From contig CM052817.1 in assembly GCA_028534125.1 (NCBI GenBank), positions 19,160,001 through 19,224,000 on the forward strand: a stretch of DNA of 64,000 nucleotides, in the 5' to 3' direction. Shown piece after piece: positions 24,293 to 36,624 of this stretch (positions within the stretch are counted from its first letter, which is position 1; each line of letters starts with the position of its first letter). The translations under genes and the position numbers were made by a program. The stretch comes from Lama glama. Taxonomy: Eukaryota. The notes beneath the pieces were generated by a model, which made no database searches, was not told the DNA's origin, and saw only the letters and a list, made by a program, of their open reading frames with translations.

Positions 24293-24660
24293 CTGGTGGT
24301 GTATGATTGCTGTAATGTCCCATGTTGTTCACACTTCTTTTCATCCTCCTTGGGGAGCCCCTTCCCATAGTGACTTAGGGTTTACCATGTTATTTGATTT
24401 GACTGATGGACAACAGACAATATGATACAAGCAGAGCCTTAAAAAGGACTTGTATTTCAGGATTTTCCCTCTTGCTAAAACTCTGTGCTGCCACTTGAGT
24501 AAGCCTGGACTAGCCAGCTGAATAATGAGGCATGTGGTGACCCTGTTGCTCCTGTGGCCCCAACTGACAGCCTGCCAACCAGCAGACCCTTAACTGAGCG
24601 CACTATAGAGCATACCTGCCGGCTGAACACAGGTGCATATGTAAATCCAGCTGACATCAT
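24293..24660 (+). mobile_element. MaLR LTR fragment (MLT1G/H-like)
   Basis: TGATACAAGCAGAGCCTTAAAAAGGACTTG...AAGCCTGGACTAGCC...CCCAACTGACAGCCTGCCAACC. Confidence 0.7.
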
Positions 24661-25307
24661 TGCTCAAATTTCAAGAAGGGACTGGAATTAATTGGTACTG
24701 ATAAATGAACACATGACTTACGATGGGAAAGGAGTATAAGGGAGGTGGTCCATATCTGGGTCATGTTGATACCAATGGGTTTATGCAGGGAACTGGGAAG
24801 GAAGTAGCTAACCTCAGTCCCACTGAATGGACAGAACTTGTGTTGACTGGAAGATATATGGGTCTATGAATAACAGGAATACTGGATAAATGAGTTACTC
24901 TTCCATTATAGTTGCTCATACATTTGGAGTTGGATTTGTCATTTGTAGTGTCCACTATAGTGCAACATTATCTCAAGCAGACATACATAAAAGTAGGTTA
25001 TTTAAAGAGGTCTAGTCATATTTCAATTAGATTCACAGTCTGATCTACAAATGTTTATTGTGGCTCCTCTAAATAGGGACCATGTTGGCAACCCTTCAGA
25101 GGATAATAGAAGAGCAGTGCTTTCTTGCTAATGGACTATCACAGCAGTGAATACATTAGGCATAGTAAGGTAGACATAGAACGTGAATGGTTAGATGGGT
25201 TTTATCTAGTGCAATCTGCAATATATTTTGAGTTGTGCTTAAAATTATAATGCAAGTCCTTGAAGAACTTAAATATTCAAGACTACTGCATGAGATCACA
25301 GCTTCCC

Positions 25308-25669
25308 TGTTATGGACTGAACTGTGTCTTTTCCACATTCACATACTGAAGCTCTCACCCCAGTCTGACTATATTTGAAGATAGTGCCTTTAGGGAGGTA
25401 ATTAAGGTTAAATGAGGTTATAAGGGTGGAACTCTAACCAAATAGGACTGGTATCCTAAAAAAAAAAAAAAAAAGCAGAAAGAGACCCTAGAGGGAAGGC
25501 CATAGGAAGACACAGCAAGAAGGAAGACCATCTACAGTCCAAGGAGAGAGGTCTCACCAGACACCAACTTTGCCATTTGGACTTCTAGACTCCAGAACTG
25601 TGAGAAAATTGATTTCTATTGTTTAAGCCACCCAGTCTTTGGTACTGTGTTATGGCAGCCTGTAATACA
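25308..25669 (+). mobile_element. MaLR solo LTR (MLT1A-like)
   Basis: TGTTATGGACTGAACTGTGTC...GGAGGTAATTAAGGTTAAATGAGG...CTCCAGAACTGTGAGAAAAT...TTTAAGCCACCCAGTC...TAATACA. Confidence 0.9.
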
Positions 25670-26109
25670 CTCTTCAATCAAAATGGATTTTTCCAGTTGC
25701 CTCATCATGGGCTCCGGCTTTTTACCCATTCCATTTTACTTTGTTGTTGTTAGGAACTGCATGATGGTTGTCTTCCTGGAACCTAATTAGAGTCTGTAAA
25801 TCATTTTAATTAGATCTTTTAATGAAATATTGAGCAATGGAAAATTCATTATGGCCAAACTCTATAAAAATGATAATTAGGAGTTTACTAATCCTTCAGT
25901 AATATTTATGCTTGTACTATGTGCTTAAAATAGACTAAATGATAAATATTTTTAAACTCCACGTACATTCTGAACATTTGTGTCTGTATTTAGAAAAATT
26001 GACAGGAAATTGAAGAGAAGATAGACTTCAGTGTAAGGTATATTAGGTCTGCACGGGTTTACTTGGCATGCACTTGAAAATTAATATTATTGCAAAGTAG
26101 AAAAGCAGT

Positions 26110-26272
26110 GGGACCCTAAGGTAAACTATGAACTTGGAGTGTAGGTTAATCAATTGTAACAAATGTATCACTCTGGAGAGGGACAGGCTATTCATCTGTG
26201 GGAACAGGAGGTATATAGGAAATCTTTGTACTTTCCTGTTATTTTCCTGTGAATCTAAAACTGCTCTAAAAA
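26110..26272 (+). mobile_element. L1MC-like 3' terminal fragment
   Basis: ACCCTAAGGTAAACTATGAACTT...AATTGTAACAAATGTATCACTCTG...GTGAATCTAAAACTGCTCTAAAA. Confidence 0.8.
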
Positions 26273-26276
26273 TTTT

Positions 26277-26306
26277 ATATGTGTGTATATATGTATGTGT
26301 GTGTGC

Positions 26307-26344
<38 letters not shown>
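26277..26344. repeat. Compound (TG)n(TA)n microsatellite at the L1 tail
   Basis: Read directly. Confidence 0.9.
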
Positions 26345-27199
26345 CTCAACCTAATTTATTAATCCAGGAATTTCACAAATCTCAGAAAAAAGTAGCTAAC
26401 AGTCTCATAATGATAATAGCATACATTGATAATATTAAATTTTCATGGATCAAAATTAAAGGTGCCACAAGCCCTGGGCAGTGAAGGGAAGAGCAACAGG
26501 TGGTATAGTTATTACCATACAAGTAAGTGGATGAGCAATTATTATCCTAAAGCTGCAAAGTGGAAACGTTTTGCCATTGTATTTGTTTTGAAATGTTATA
26601 TTAAGCACCAATGAAATGATAACTTCTGTTCTCAAAAATGTAATTTCTAAGATGTCTGACTACATCCTAGTGGGAAAGTAGGTGGAATGGGTTAAAAATG
26701 ATTTCCTGTTCGGAGTAGTTAGAAATGTTATAAATTAATGAGAATGGTGCATTATTTGAATGAAGGACATAGAAATATTAGGAGACAAAGGAATAGTTTA
26801 CTCATGAATCTCTGTGGTAAAAAGGCCTCTAAGAGGAGAAGGAATCTGTGACCTAGTCAATGTATCAGGACAACAAATGAGATAAGGGAAACGTATATTG
26901 AAAGAGACTCTCTCTTCCAAAGAGAGAAACCAATGAGCTGCGAAGTTATAGCTGCTAGAAGAGGAAGTGTAAAACTCTGCCTCAGGTTCTGGCTGACTGG
27001 GTAATAGGAATTGAGTAGAAATCTGACATAAAACCACACAACCATTTTCAACCCAAGGGCCTTTAACCCCTTGACGAGGAAAGCTTACCATATCTGGAGC
27101 CAGTGTTTCCTGTCTAGAGTAAATTATTCTCATCTTCACCTTTACAGCATTCTGTGTATAAATTCTCACAGCTTCTACCACATTGCATTGAAATATTTT

Positions 27200-27335
27200 T
27201 TTAAATGCCTGTCTTTCACATAATGTCAAATTCCTCCAAACACCAGTGAGGAAGATTTATGTCATTGTCCCTCCAGCACCTGGCATGTGATCCAGTGTTG
27301 GATAGGTGCCCAGTCAGTGTTTAGAGAAGTAAACG
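27200..27335 (+). mobile_element. L2 3' end fragment
   Basis: CCTCCAGCACCTGGCATGTG...TAGGTGCCCAGTCAGTGTTT. Confidence 0.55.
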
Positions 27336-28959
27336 GTAAATTCATCCTGTAATTAACTAAACAACTATCCCCCACCCACTTGGACATGGTATAGAGAAGA
27401 GGTATTTTTATGGAATTTCTAAGACATTAGATTTAAATAATATAAACACTTAAATCCAACAGGATGCTAGAGACACATAGGAAATCTGCTTTTTCTTTTT
27501 TAAAATATTTTTAGCTATGATTTTTTATACCTTTGTACTTATTAATTTACTAAACTAAATTTTTGATCTTTGAATGAACTTCTGCACTATCAGTTGATTT
27601 AGTTATTGGATTTTTATATGCATGCTTGTCTATAAACAAATACAAATCTCTCCTTGTAGTCTGGGTTTCCAGCTTTTTCTATAATGTTAATATGTTAAGT
27701 GAATCATCCACTAACTGAAGTACTTAAATGTCAGGATCAAGTACTTCAGTGACATTAATCAAAAATTAAGGAAGAAACCTCAGATTGTGTAATTTGTTTT
27801 GCTCCCAATTTGCTCTGAGATGCAAACAAACCCACTTATTTTTCATAATCTAAATTATAAGTGAATGGAAAAATGCATACTATGACTATAGCTAAAAATT
27901 AAGAAGAAATGTGTTGGTGTGTAAAACTGGATAGACTATAATTAGAGAAAAGGCTTCGCTCTGAAACAGCACATGCCATAGAATGTTTTAAAATGTTTCT
28001 ATTGCTGTTGGAGACTTTTAAAGGACACTTAAAGAAGTTGAAAATATTTTATTGCCAAAACAACACTGCTATGATTCTTCTTTGGACTAAAGAGAAATTG
28101 TTGGATGAGCCAAGTATGCACTGGCTGGATCCTCACAGTTTCAGGAAAATTTTTAAGAGAAAGAGAACACACACACACTTACATTCACACTCAGAGATAC
28201 ATATTGAAGACCTTTACATTTGAATATTTTCTTTTGTGTTATGGAATTTTTTTCCCTGGATAGGAAAAAATAAATCTATTTTAAGGAGAAGGGCTGATTT
28301 CAATTAATTAATTTTCACTATACTACTTTTCTAGGAGCCTGGCACACAGAAGAATTCATTAGATGGATTTGAAAAAAACATCAAATCATATGCTTGGAAA
28401 AAGATACAGATATATGTTCCTTCAACCATCACCTAACAGAAAAGCTCTAGATGAGAGTAGGCAGCTCCATTCAGGCTCTGTTAAAACAACTCATTACTTC
28501 TTAAGCCAGCCCTCTTCAATTTATGAAATGTTCTAGGTTTTTATTAGAATGGTGAAACCTGTTTTTTCTTTTCATTTCTTTTTATTCTTTAAATATTTGC
28601 TTGCTTACATAATGTTATTTCTTTTACTGGGAATTATTTCAAATATTTATTTTTAAATTTCCAATAAATGTTTTAAAGATAAAAATACTCATACTATACA
28701 GCAAGTACTCTAATATTAATTGTTTCAGATTGTATATGTATAGGTATTAATTGAAACAAAACCTGCAGATACAGGAGGAAAAGGCCAGCTGGGTACCCTT
28801 TCATCCTGTTATTACCTCATTTTCTTTCTCCTCTTAATGAATCATATCCCACATTGGTTGTTCATTCTTCCATCTGTCATAATTTATTTATTCAAATATT
28901 TGCCAAATGCCTGTTATAAGCCAAGCATTCTCTTAGACACTGCACAGAGAGCAGAGTAC

Positions 28960-30500
28960 AGAATTTATAAAATTTATAAAAATTACATGAATGTGTGTAA
29001 TCATAAAAATGTATGTATTGTTTTCATGGTTTTAAAGTCTTTTAAGTGATAACAGAAACATATATATACTATCATTTTTTAAGCAACTTTTAAAATTATT
29101 GCTAAATTTGAAGTTTTTGAGATAACCATGTTTAAACATGTAACTGTAGGTAATTCATGTAACAAGCTACACAGAATTCTTATGGAAGAACAGATCACAT
29201 ACATACCCTATTGATAAAATATACTAAACGTGTTCATAAGTTGTGTATCCTTGTTTTTTTTTTCTGTTGATGAATTGTTTCTTTTGTTATGAAAGCCACG
29301 CTTCAGTGGACATTCTTAAACATACCCTAACAGACATGTAACCCTTAGTTTGCTAGAACATGTATCTCAGAGAGGAATTGTTGGCTCAAAGAGTATATAT
29401 ACCTTCCATATTAGCTAATATTGATCAAATGCTCATCACAGGGTTTATGCCAGATACCAGTATATGAGGGCTCTTGTTCTAACACATCTTTGCCATCAAT
29501 CATTATTGTCAAAGTTTTTTCATTTTTTATCTTTGGTAATATAAAATCCTGTCTTATTCTAATTTTGAATTTGCTTTCTTGATTACAAGGGAACTGAGCA
29601 CTTCTCAAATGTTTATTGGTATATTATTTATGATTGGACATCCTTTTGCTTATTTTGATAATTACACTTTGTTATTAGTATTTAGGAGTTAGAAACATTG
29701 CATACCATTAGTTTGTTAAATTTTACTTTGTTTTCTGTATCTTCTGTGGAATACAATTTTATTTTATTTTATTTTATTTATTTATTTTAATGAGGTCAAA
29801 TTAATTTCTTTTTGCTTTGTGCTCCGAGTGCCTTGTTAAACCAAGACCATACATATATTATCTAATATTTTATTCTTGGTATTTAAATTTTTGGCTTTTC
29901 TTGATTAAATAACTTATCTGCCAGCCTGACCGCTTAATTTTGTCTGCAATAAGAAACAAGAAATTAATTCCTTCTCATTGTATGCATAGATAATCCCTGA
30001 CCTAGTGCCACTTACTGAATAGTTACCACTTCTTGAATTTCATTCTATATATACAATACATCAAATTTCAATGCAAGCATAGATTACTTATAATTACTCT
30101 ATATTATTATTTCCATTTGTTTATGCATCTATCCTACAGTGTATTGCAAATTCTCTTTTTAATCCAAGTAGATGATTCATACATTATTTTGCACTTTCTG
30201 CGTGTCTAATCCTGTTTGAAATCTGTTTTTGGGATTTTCTTAACATGTTTGTTTGGCTATTCAGGGCAATTTTGGACATAGACAGTAATATAGGATGTAT
30301 TAACACATTTTAAATACTGAACCATCTTACAATCCTGGGTTAAAATCCATAGAAGCAAGACATATTTTTAAGTTAATTATTTGACAGGTGAGAATGAGAA
30401 CATCCTTCTCTTTTTAAATATTCTTATCCAGTTCTTCTGTTGAGTGAGCCTAGATGATAAATTAGATAATATTCTTACCTTTCCTATCTGTGAAACATTT
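28960..30500 (-). mobile_element. Ancient L1ME-like fragments (an L2 tail precedes at ~28850-28950)
   Basis: GAGGAATTGTTGGCTCAAAGAG...CCAGTATATGAGGGCTCTTGTT...TTTTGAATTTGCTTTCTTGATTAC...TGAGCACTTCTCAAATGTTTATTGG. Confidence 0.7.
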
Positions 30501-30879
30501 TACAGGATATAAATTATCAATACAAGCTACCTGATCTAGTAATTTTTGCCATTTTGGGATCAAAACTTTTAGGAAACTGCTGTTTCTCATTCCAGTATTG
30601 TGTTACTGTGGTTGTTCATGATATGTAAGTGCTAAGGATTCTTAGAAATTCATTTACTCATTCAGCAAATATTATGAAAGATAGATGGATAGGTGAATAT
30701 ATATAACCACTCCTGAAGCATTTTAGATGCTCAATATTTGTTGGGAAAAAAATAAATAAAAACCAAGTAATGAGACAATGTGACTGGAGAGATAAGCAGA
30801 GAAAAAAGAGGACTGTTCATTTCAAATAGAGTTCATAGTTCTTCTCGTAGAAAATGAATTTTGTGGTCAATGGACTTGA

Positions 30880-31215
30880 AGGTTAACAATTCAGATGCTA
30901 TTGTTATCATCTTGGTGAGAATTTGGTCTCCTAAACTAGGTCCATAAACTAGTCTGGAGAGAGAATAGAAGCATACGCTCTCATCTGTATCCACACACGA
31001 AGAGATAATACATACAGATAGGAATTCAAACAGCTGAACTTACTTCGTGATTGAATTTAGGGAATGGGAGAGAAAAAGGAATCAGGAATGTGTGCCAGGT
31101 TTCTGTGTGGGGTGACTGAGTGAATGACAGTAATGCTACCAAGTGGGGAAATATTGAAGTATGAGTGGGATGCAGGCAGGATGAATTCTGTTTGGGACAT
31201 AGTAATTTTGAGATA
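30880..31215 (-). mobile_element. L2 fragment
   Basis: GGAATCAGGAATGTGTGCCAGGTTTCTG...GACTGAGTGAATG...GATGAATTCTGTTTGGGACATAGTAATTTTGAGAT. Confidence 0.7.
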
Positions 31216-31915
31216 GATTACCCTGACTAACCTTATCCCACACAGAAGTCTCAAATGAGAGAAGCAACTTAGATATTAATATAATCTTAGTATGTAAAAT
31301 ATAGTTTCACTATGTTCAGCAGAAAAAGGAACTATGTAAATCAAAAGTAATGAAAGCTACTTTCTTTTTACTTGGGAAAAGTGAAATAGAGAGGTGTATT
31401 GGAGGTGTATTGCATCATTAAATTAAGCTAGAACCTGTGTATCAGGATAGTGAATGTTGGTCCCAGGACCCCGAGATGCTATGAATCTGTGTTTTAAGCC
31501 TACATATTTTGAATATAGTATGCTCCATAAAGTCTTGATTAATTATTTTCTCATAAAGTCCAGTTAAAGAGAACACCATAATAGTATTCTCTATGGCCAC
31601 TACTGAGTATGGGAAAAGCACCACACTTTGATGAGACACTATCAGCCTATACTGAGGGTATAAAACATGAAAAATTATTATGAAACACATCATCTTGTCT
31701 ACTGTAAGGAAACTACTGTAAGAAATACATGAGGTCATTCTTATTAGTCACCTCCAAGAAAAGTGTCTAATCTTTAGAAATAATACTCACATTTATTTAA
31801 CAAATACAGAATCCCAGAATAATGCTAAATTGTTTGCAAAAATTCTCTCACAGGATGGATAATATTAGTATATCCACTTAAAGTTAATGAGACCTAAAAC
31901 TTAGAAACAATTCTC

Positions 31916-32466
31916 TGAGGAGCCACTTAGAATCCCATAATTGGTATGAACATTATTTTTAAATGAAAATATTTGAGATTCAACAGATGCAGAAAGTAGC
32001 CTTCTCAGAGCTTCTTTTATATGATTAGAAGCAACAACTTCTCAAAATGAGGCTGCCATAAATTTCCTCTGCAGGCTGGCTTTACTCCCAAGAGAAAGAA
32101 CCAGAATAAATCTATCGTAAATCCCTTCTCCAGGGCGTTGTGTGGACCTGAAGAATATGGAAGGATCACTTGTGCACATATAGGCAAATATCATCATAAA
32201 CTTTCTTTGTCTCCCATTTATTCTCCTAAAAACCCACTCATCTTTCCTAAGAAGCCTTTTCTCTCCTCTCCTTTTCCTCTGCTAAAATAGGCATATAAAC
32301 CTCTAACTTTAACCAGTTAGCAGGACAGCTACTTCTTTTGTTGGTTTCCATATACATATGTATTAACCTTTTTGGCCTGTTTTCTATCTGTTGTCAGTTT
32401 AATTTGCAGGCTCCAGTTGCTAAGCTAAGAGGGGAGAGGAAAAGATTTTTTTTTTTCTCCTCCACA
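31916..32466 (+). mobile_element. ERV1 solo LTR (MER34/MER39-like) inserted into a minus-strand MIR
   Basis: ATTTGAGATTCAACAGATGCAGAAAG...CATATAAACCTC...ATCTGTTGTCAGTTTAATTTGCAGGCTCCAG...TTTTTCTCCTCCACA; flanks TTCTC/GTCTC; MIR halves at ~31845-31910 and 32467-32555. Confidence 0.75.
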
Positions 32467-33131
32467 GTCTCAATATACAAAATTAGCGATTGGTGGGGCT
32501 CAGACTTAAAACCCAGTTATAGGGTTCTAGAGTCTGTGCCTTTGAATAGCCACATTCCTCTGTTTATTGTTCATTTGTGATTACTCTTTTGTTTGTTTAG
32601 TTATCTTCTTTAGTTTTTAAATTTTAAATCTTAATGCTCCATGAGCAGTGTCATAGACTATCTCATTGGTTACTACAGTGTTTTAAAGAAACCTGTAATC
32701 TGCCCTAATAAAATACATAGGTCAACAATCACAGTGTCAGATTCCTACCAGCTTATTATCTCAATAATCTGTTTCCTTATTAGCAAAGCAAAACTAAAAG
32801 ATCATACTTCACAGCAGCTACATAAGATTGTTCGTCTACTCTGACAATACAAGAATTTGCTGTTCATGGTATAAAGTCAGGCAACTTTCAACTAGACTAA
32901 AGATAGAATTTTATGTGATAAAATACCAGTGGGTTTAAAAGTTTGTTGTTGGAATAAATAGCAGTTCAAGGTATACAGGTAAAAGACATTGCTATGGGAA
33001 GCTAACAAGTAAAAGGAAGAGTGAATCTGGCCGTATATATTTGCCTAAGAATATATTTTGTCAGTGGTAGAGAATAAATAACACTAGCAAGGAGAGAAGG
33101 GCTGTGCTGCTGGGGTTTAACACACACATTT

Positions 33132-33285
33132 CTTTTTTTTTTTTTTAACTTTCATTAATTTTTTTTTCTTTTTCCAGAGGGAGGTAATTAGGTTTATTTA
33201 TTTATTTGTAATAGCAGTACTGGGGATTGGACTCTGGACCCTGTGCATGGTAAGCACGTGCTACCACTGAGCTATACCTTCCCCC
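33132..33285 (-). mobile_element. Camelid tRNA-derived SINE (vic-1 type)
   Basis: Minus strand GGGGGAAGGTATAGCTCAGTGGTAGCACGTGCTTACCATGCACAGGGTCCAGAGTCCAATCCCCAGTAC...AAATAAATAAACCTAATTACCTCCC + A-rich tail; A box and degenerate B box; diverged TSD. Confidence 0.85.
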
Positions 33286-33450
33286 AATGCATACATTTTT
33301 AAGCCTCAATTCTGGTCCTATGTTTGTTTATATTTGCTTATTTCCACTTGCAGCTTTTGTTATTTTATTATATTTTATATTTTCCTACAAGTGGCCTTAA
33401 ATATTTCCTAAAACTGGGTTGAAAAGTAAAACTAATAAAATAAGCAATAA

Positions 33451-33600
33451 CATACATGTATGTGTATATATAATATGCATTACACACACATATATACATA
33501 TATGTATGGTTGTATATAATGTGTATTACACACACACATATATGTATACATAAATACACATACCTATACATACATACATAAATATATATATAAAATATAT
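33451..33600. repeat. (TA/CA/TG)n low-complexity simple repeat
   Basis: Read directly. Confidence 0.85.
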
Positions 33601-34269
33601 GGAGATAGAGATATTCCTTCACCTTTTCTGACCTTGAAATGGACCATTTCTACTATGGAAAGTCACACTACCAGGAATATATATGGACCAGATAGGATCA
33701 TATTACATCTAATTTTATTACTATCTTACTATTTTATGAATCACATACTGGGATGGGTTTCATAATAGTGACCAGGGACTCTTAGCTGCTAATCAACAAG
33801 AGACAGATTAAAAATATCTAAAATATAGAAGCTGACTTCTGTCTCTGCTGAGAACAGTGACTTCTGAATTTTTTTGTTTTTAAATTTCATAGACTACTTC
33901 CTATTTTTGTAGTTTTGAAATTAAATCATTTACTAAAACAATTACATTTTGAAAGATTTTTCAGCTTTTAAATCTACCCTTTAAACAGTACAAATCCATA
34001 TTATGATTAAATAATCAGGCCAAAGGTGTTGGAAGAAAACTGTTAATTGTATTCATATATTGGCGGTTTCTTAATTATACAACTGGTGAAACCAGAGGAA
34101 TTGTTTGATCTTTTTTCCTTTTGTAGAGAAATTTTGAAAATCAAAAACAGTGACTGTCTTTGCAAAACAAAGAACTGATTACATGTTTAGTCAATAAATA
34201 AAGAACGGCTGGTTACATGTTATATTTTGTTCATTTATCTCCCCAGCTGCATTTACAAGGTTTCCTTTG

Positions 34270-35190
34270 AAACTGCGGTAAAATGAGATGGTCTCTGGGT
34301 AGAGAACAGAGAAAATAGTGTTTTCTCTTTTTCATAATGGTCCAGTTCTGCAGTGCACGGTGTACAAGCAGGCCCGGCATTGCAAGGCGATGAGGGCACA
34401 GAGGGAAGGCTTCCTATGGTAGAGGTTATAATTCACTTTAAGAAGGTTCTAAAATGAGAGGCGCTGCCTTGTACGTGTGCACAGGGGCAGCGTGTGAGAG
34501 GTGCCGAAGGAAGGGTTGCTAGGAAATGTACAAATAAGAGGAAAAAAAAGGAAGAAGGACGATGACCTCTGATTATTCCCCCCTTACACGGATTCTACCC
34601 ATTGTCCTTTCAACAAACATTTCCGCTAAAATTGCCAGGTCATCTGCACAAGGAAATCAGGTATGCCAAAGCACATGGACCTAATCAGGAAAAGTGTCTA
34701 GCCTAGGACAGGACTTCACATCAAATCCCACAGTCATTAGTGACCAGAAGAGAGCTTCAGGCTGTCACCTTCACTTCATTTGGGCTTGGATATCAGAGTA
34801 TTCATGTTGGAGAAGAAAGCAGCTAGCTCATTTGCAGCAAAGCCAACTGTGCTCGAGTATCGTGCTAGAAAACCGACTGGTTTTCTGCTACTGGCTGAGT
34901 TAAAGTTGCCCCCTTATCTCTCTGCAATTCTTGTCATTTGAAGGTGGACTGTGGAGAGAAAGGATCACTTTACAGATGGGCTTTAATGCCACCACAAATC
35001 TGTAGTGTCTGTGTGAAATGCTGAGGCTCAGCACTGAAGCACAGTCTGCCAGAGAGAAGACCCAGGAAGTGACCCCACTGTGACCCCCCCATGGGGCTGT
35101 GTTTCTTTCTTTCTGGTTTAGCGGGGAAATGTCAAACAAAACATACAGTCTTCATAGCAAAAAAACTGATAATAATAAAAAGGGTAAACA
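34270..35190. promoter_or_regulatory. Putative enhancer-like unique sequence
   Basis: Repeat-poor, locally CpG-enriched; GATA, RUNX, ETS, FOX and MARE-like motifs within ~280 bp; motif evidence only. Confidence 0.3.
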
Positions 35191-36587
35191 TGCTAGCAGC
35201 CTATTTGACCCCCCCCAAGAAAAAAAACCCACCCATGAATTAAACTAAGCAGACTAGGCATGCACACACATATATACTCACGCAGACATTTTTCTAGTCA
35301 GAGAGACTACAGTAGTGGTTTAATATGCATCTACTGACATAGTTCCTTTTCTATTTATTATGATTTATAGTCAAGAGATATTTTTTCAAGGTGATTCAAA
35401 ACTAAGAAAACAAAAATACACATACATACCCAAGATAATATAACATGAGTAAAGCCTTAGCTGAAAATTTCAGTATTAAATTTTCAATAGTCTTATCATC
35501 AGATAAAATGAAAAAATAACAGTTTTCTGAATCCTTTTTTTCCATTTCTATTTTTATTTCTTTTTCTTACCTCCCTTTTGGATAGTAGACTTGCTCTTTC
35601 GGTACTGTAGGTTCTACAAAGAGAATCCTACATATTTGTTCAAGTATAAAAAAAAATTTCTTTTGATAATATGCTATTAGTTTTTCATATTTACACAAAC
35701 ACACATATATGCATGTATGTAGGTACATATCTCTAACTCTACGTTGAATAGACATACTGGTTAATTTCTAAAATGTAATGGATTTGGATTATTTTATATA
35801 GATGATACATTTAAAACTGATTTTTTTGGAACAAATACCATTCTATCATAGAGGTTTGTGAAGTTGAGATCTGAGATTTCAACCAAATGCAATTTTTCTA
35901 CATTTTTGTGAGAATCAAAGACTTTCATTGTGATTCAAACAAGAATGACAAAGGTGACTTAAGAGTTTCATTTTTTGACTTTGTAAGGAGTGCTCTCTTT
36001 GTTACCATTGACTTAAAGAGCTCCCTTTCTATAAATCTGACAGTAGATTATTTGCCTTAAATCTGAGAGGCCTAACCATTTGGAGTTTAAAAGTCCTGCA
36101 TCAGTCTGACTTGGCATCACGCTGGGATGAGTCAAAAGGCCAGACACTATCTCATTGGGAAAGATAAATTATCATGTCTGAGTACCAGGAATAAGGATTC
36201 TAAATATGGACGGGTCTAACTCATTCAACATTTCAATGATGGCCAAGTGACACATGCAGGGCGGGCTCAACCTCTACAGCTGGAACCTTAGCTCTTTGGG
36301 AAGATGTGGCAATGTAGATTTGTGAAGATAAATGACATACCGCTTTTGGGGAACGAATGAAATTTTTAGCTCAGACAGGGACCTTTCAGAAATCTTAATC
36401 ATTACGTCACTTTTTTTTCTTAATTGCTTAATTCTCTTCATCCAAGAAAAGCCACTGCAATGTGGCCACCCATTGCCCTCACACATATTGATTCTTGATA
36501 TTGATTTCCATAGTTTTGCATTTAATATATCACTATAAATATCCATATTTTTATCTCCTTTGACAATTATATTTGCATTTTTATGAC

Positions 36588-36624
36588 AAACTGTTCAAAA
36601 CAAATGGAAAACTGTTCAAAACAA
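36588..36624. repeat. 16-bp direct repeat, period 21
   Basis: AAACTGTTCAAAACAA at 36588-36603 and 36609-36624. Confidence 0.9.

Noticed and set aside
26798..27229. Longest ORF (143 aa, minus strand)
   Set aside because: No recognisable domain, partly overlaps an L2 relic, and the length is compatible with chance
33205..33285. tRNA gene
   Set aside because: SINE head with a mutated B box, an A-rich tail and a TSD; no complete cloverleaf
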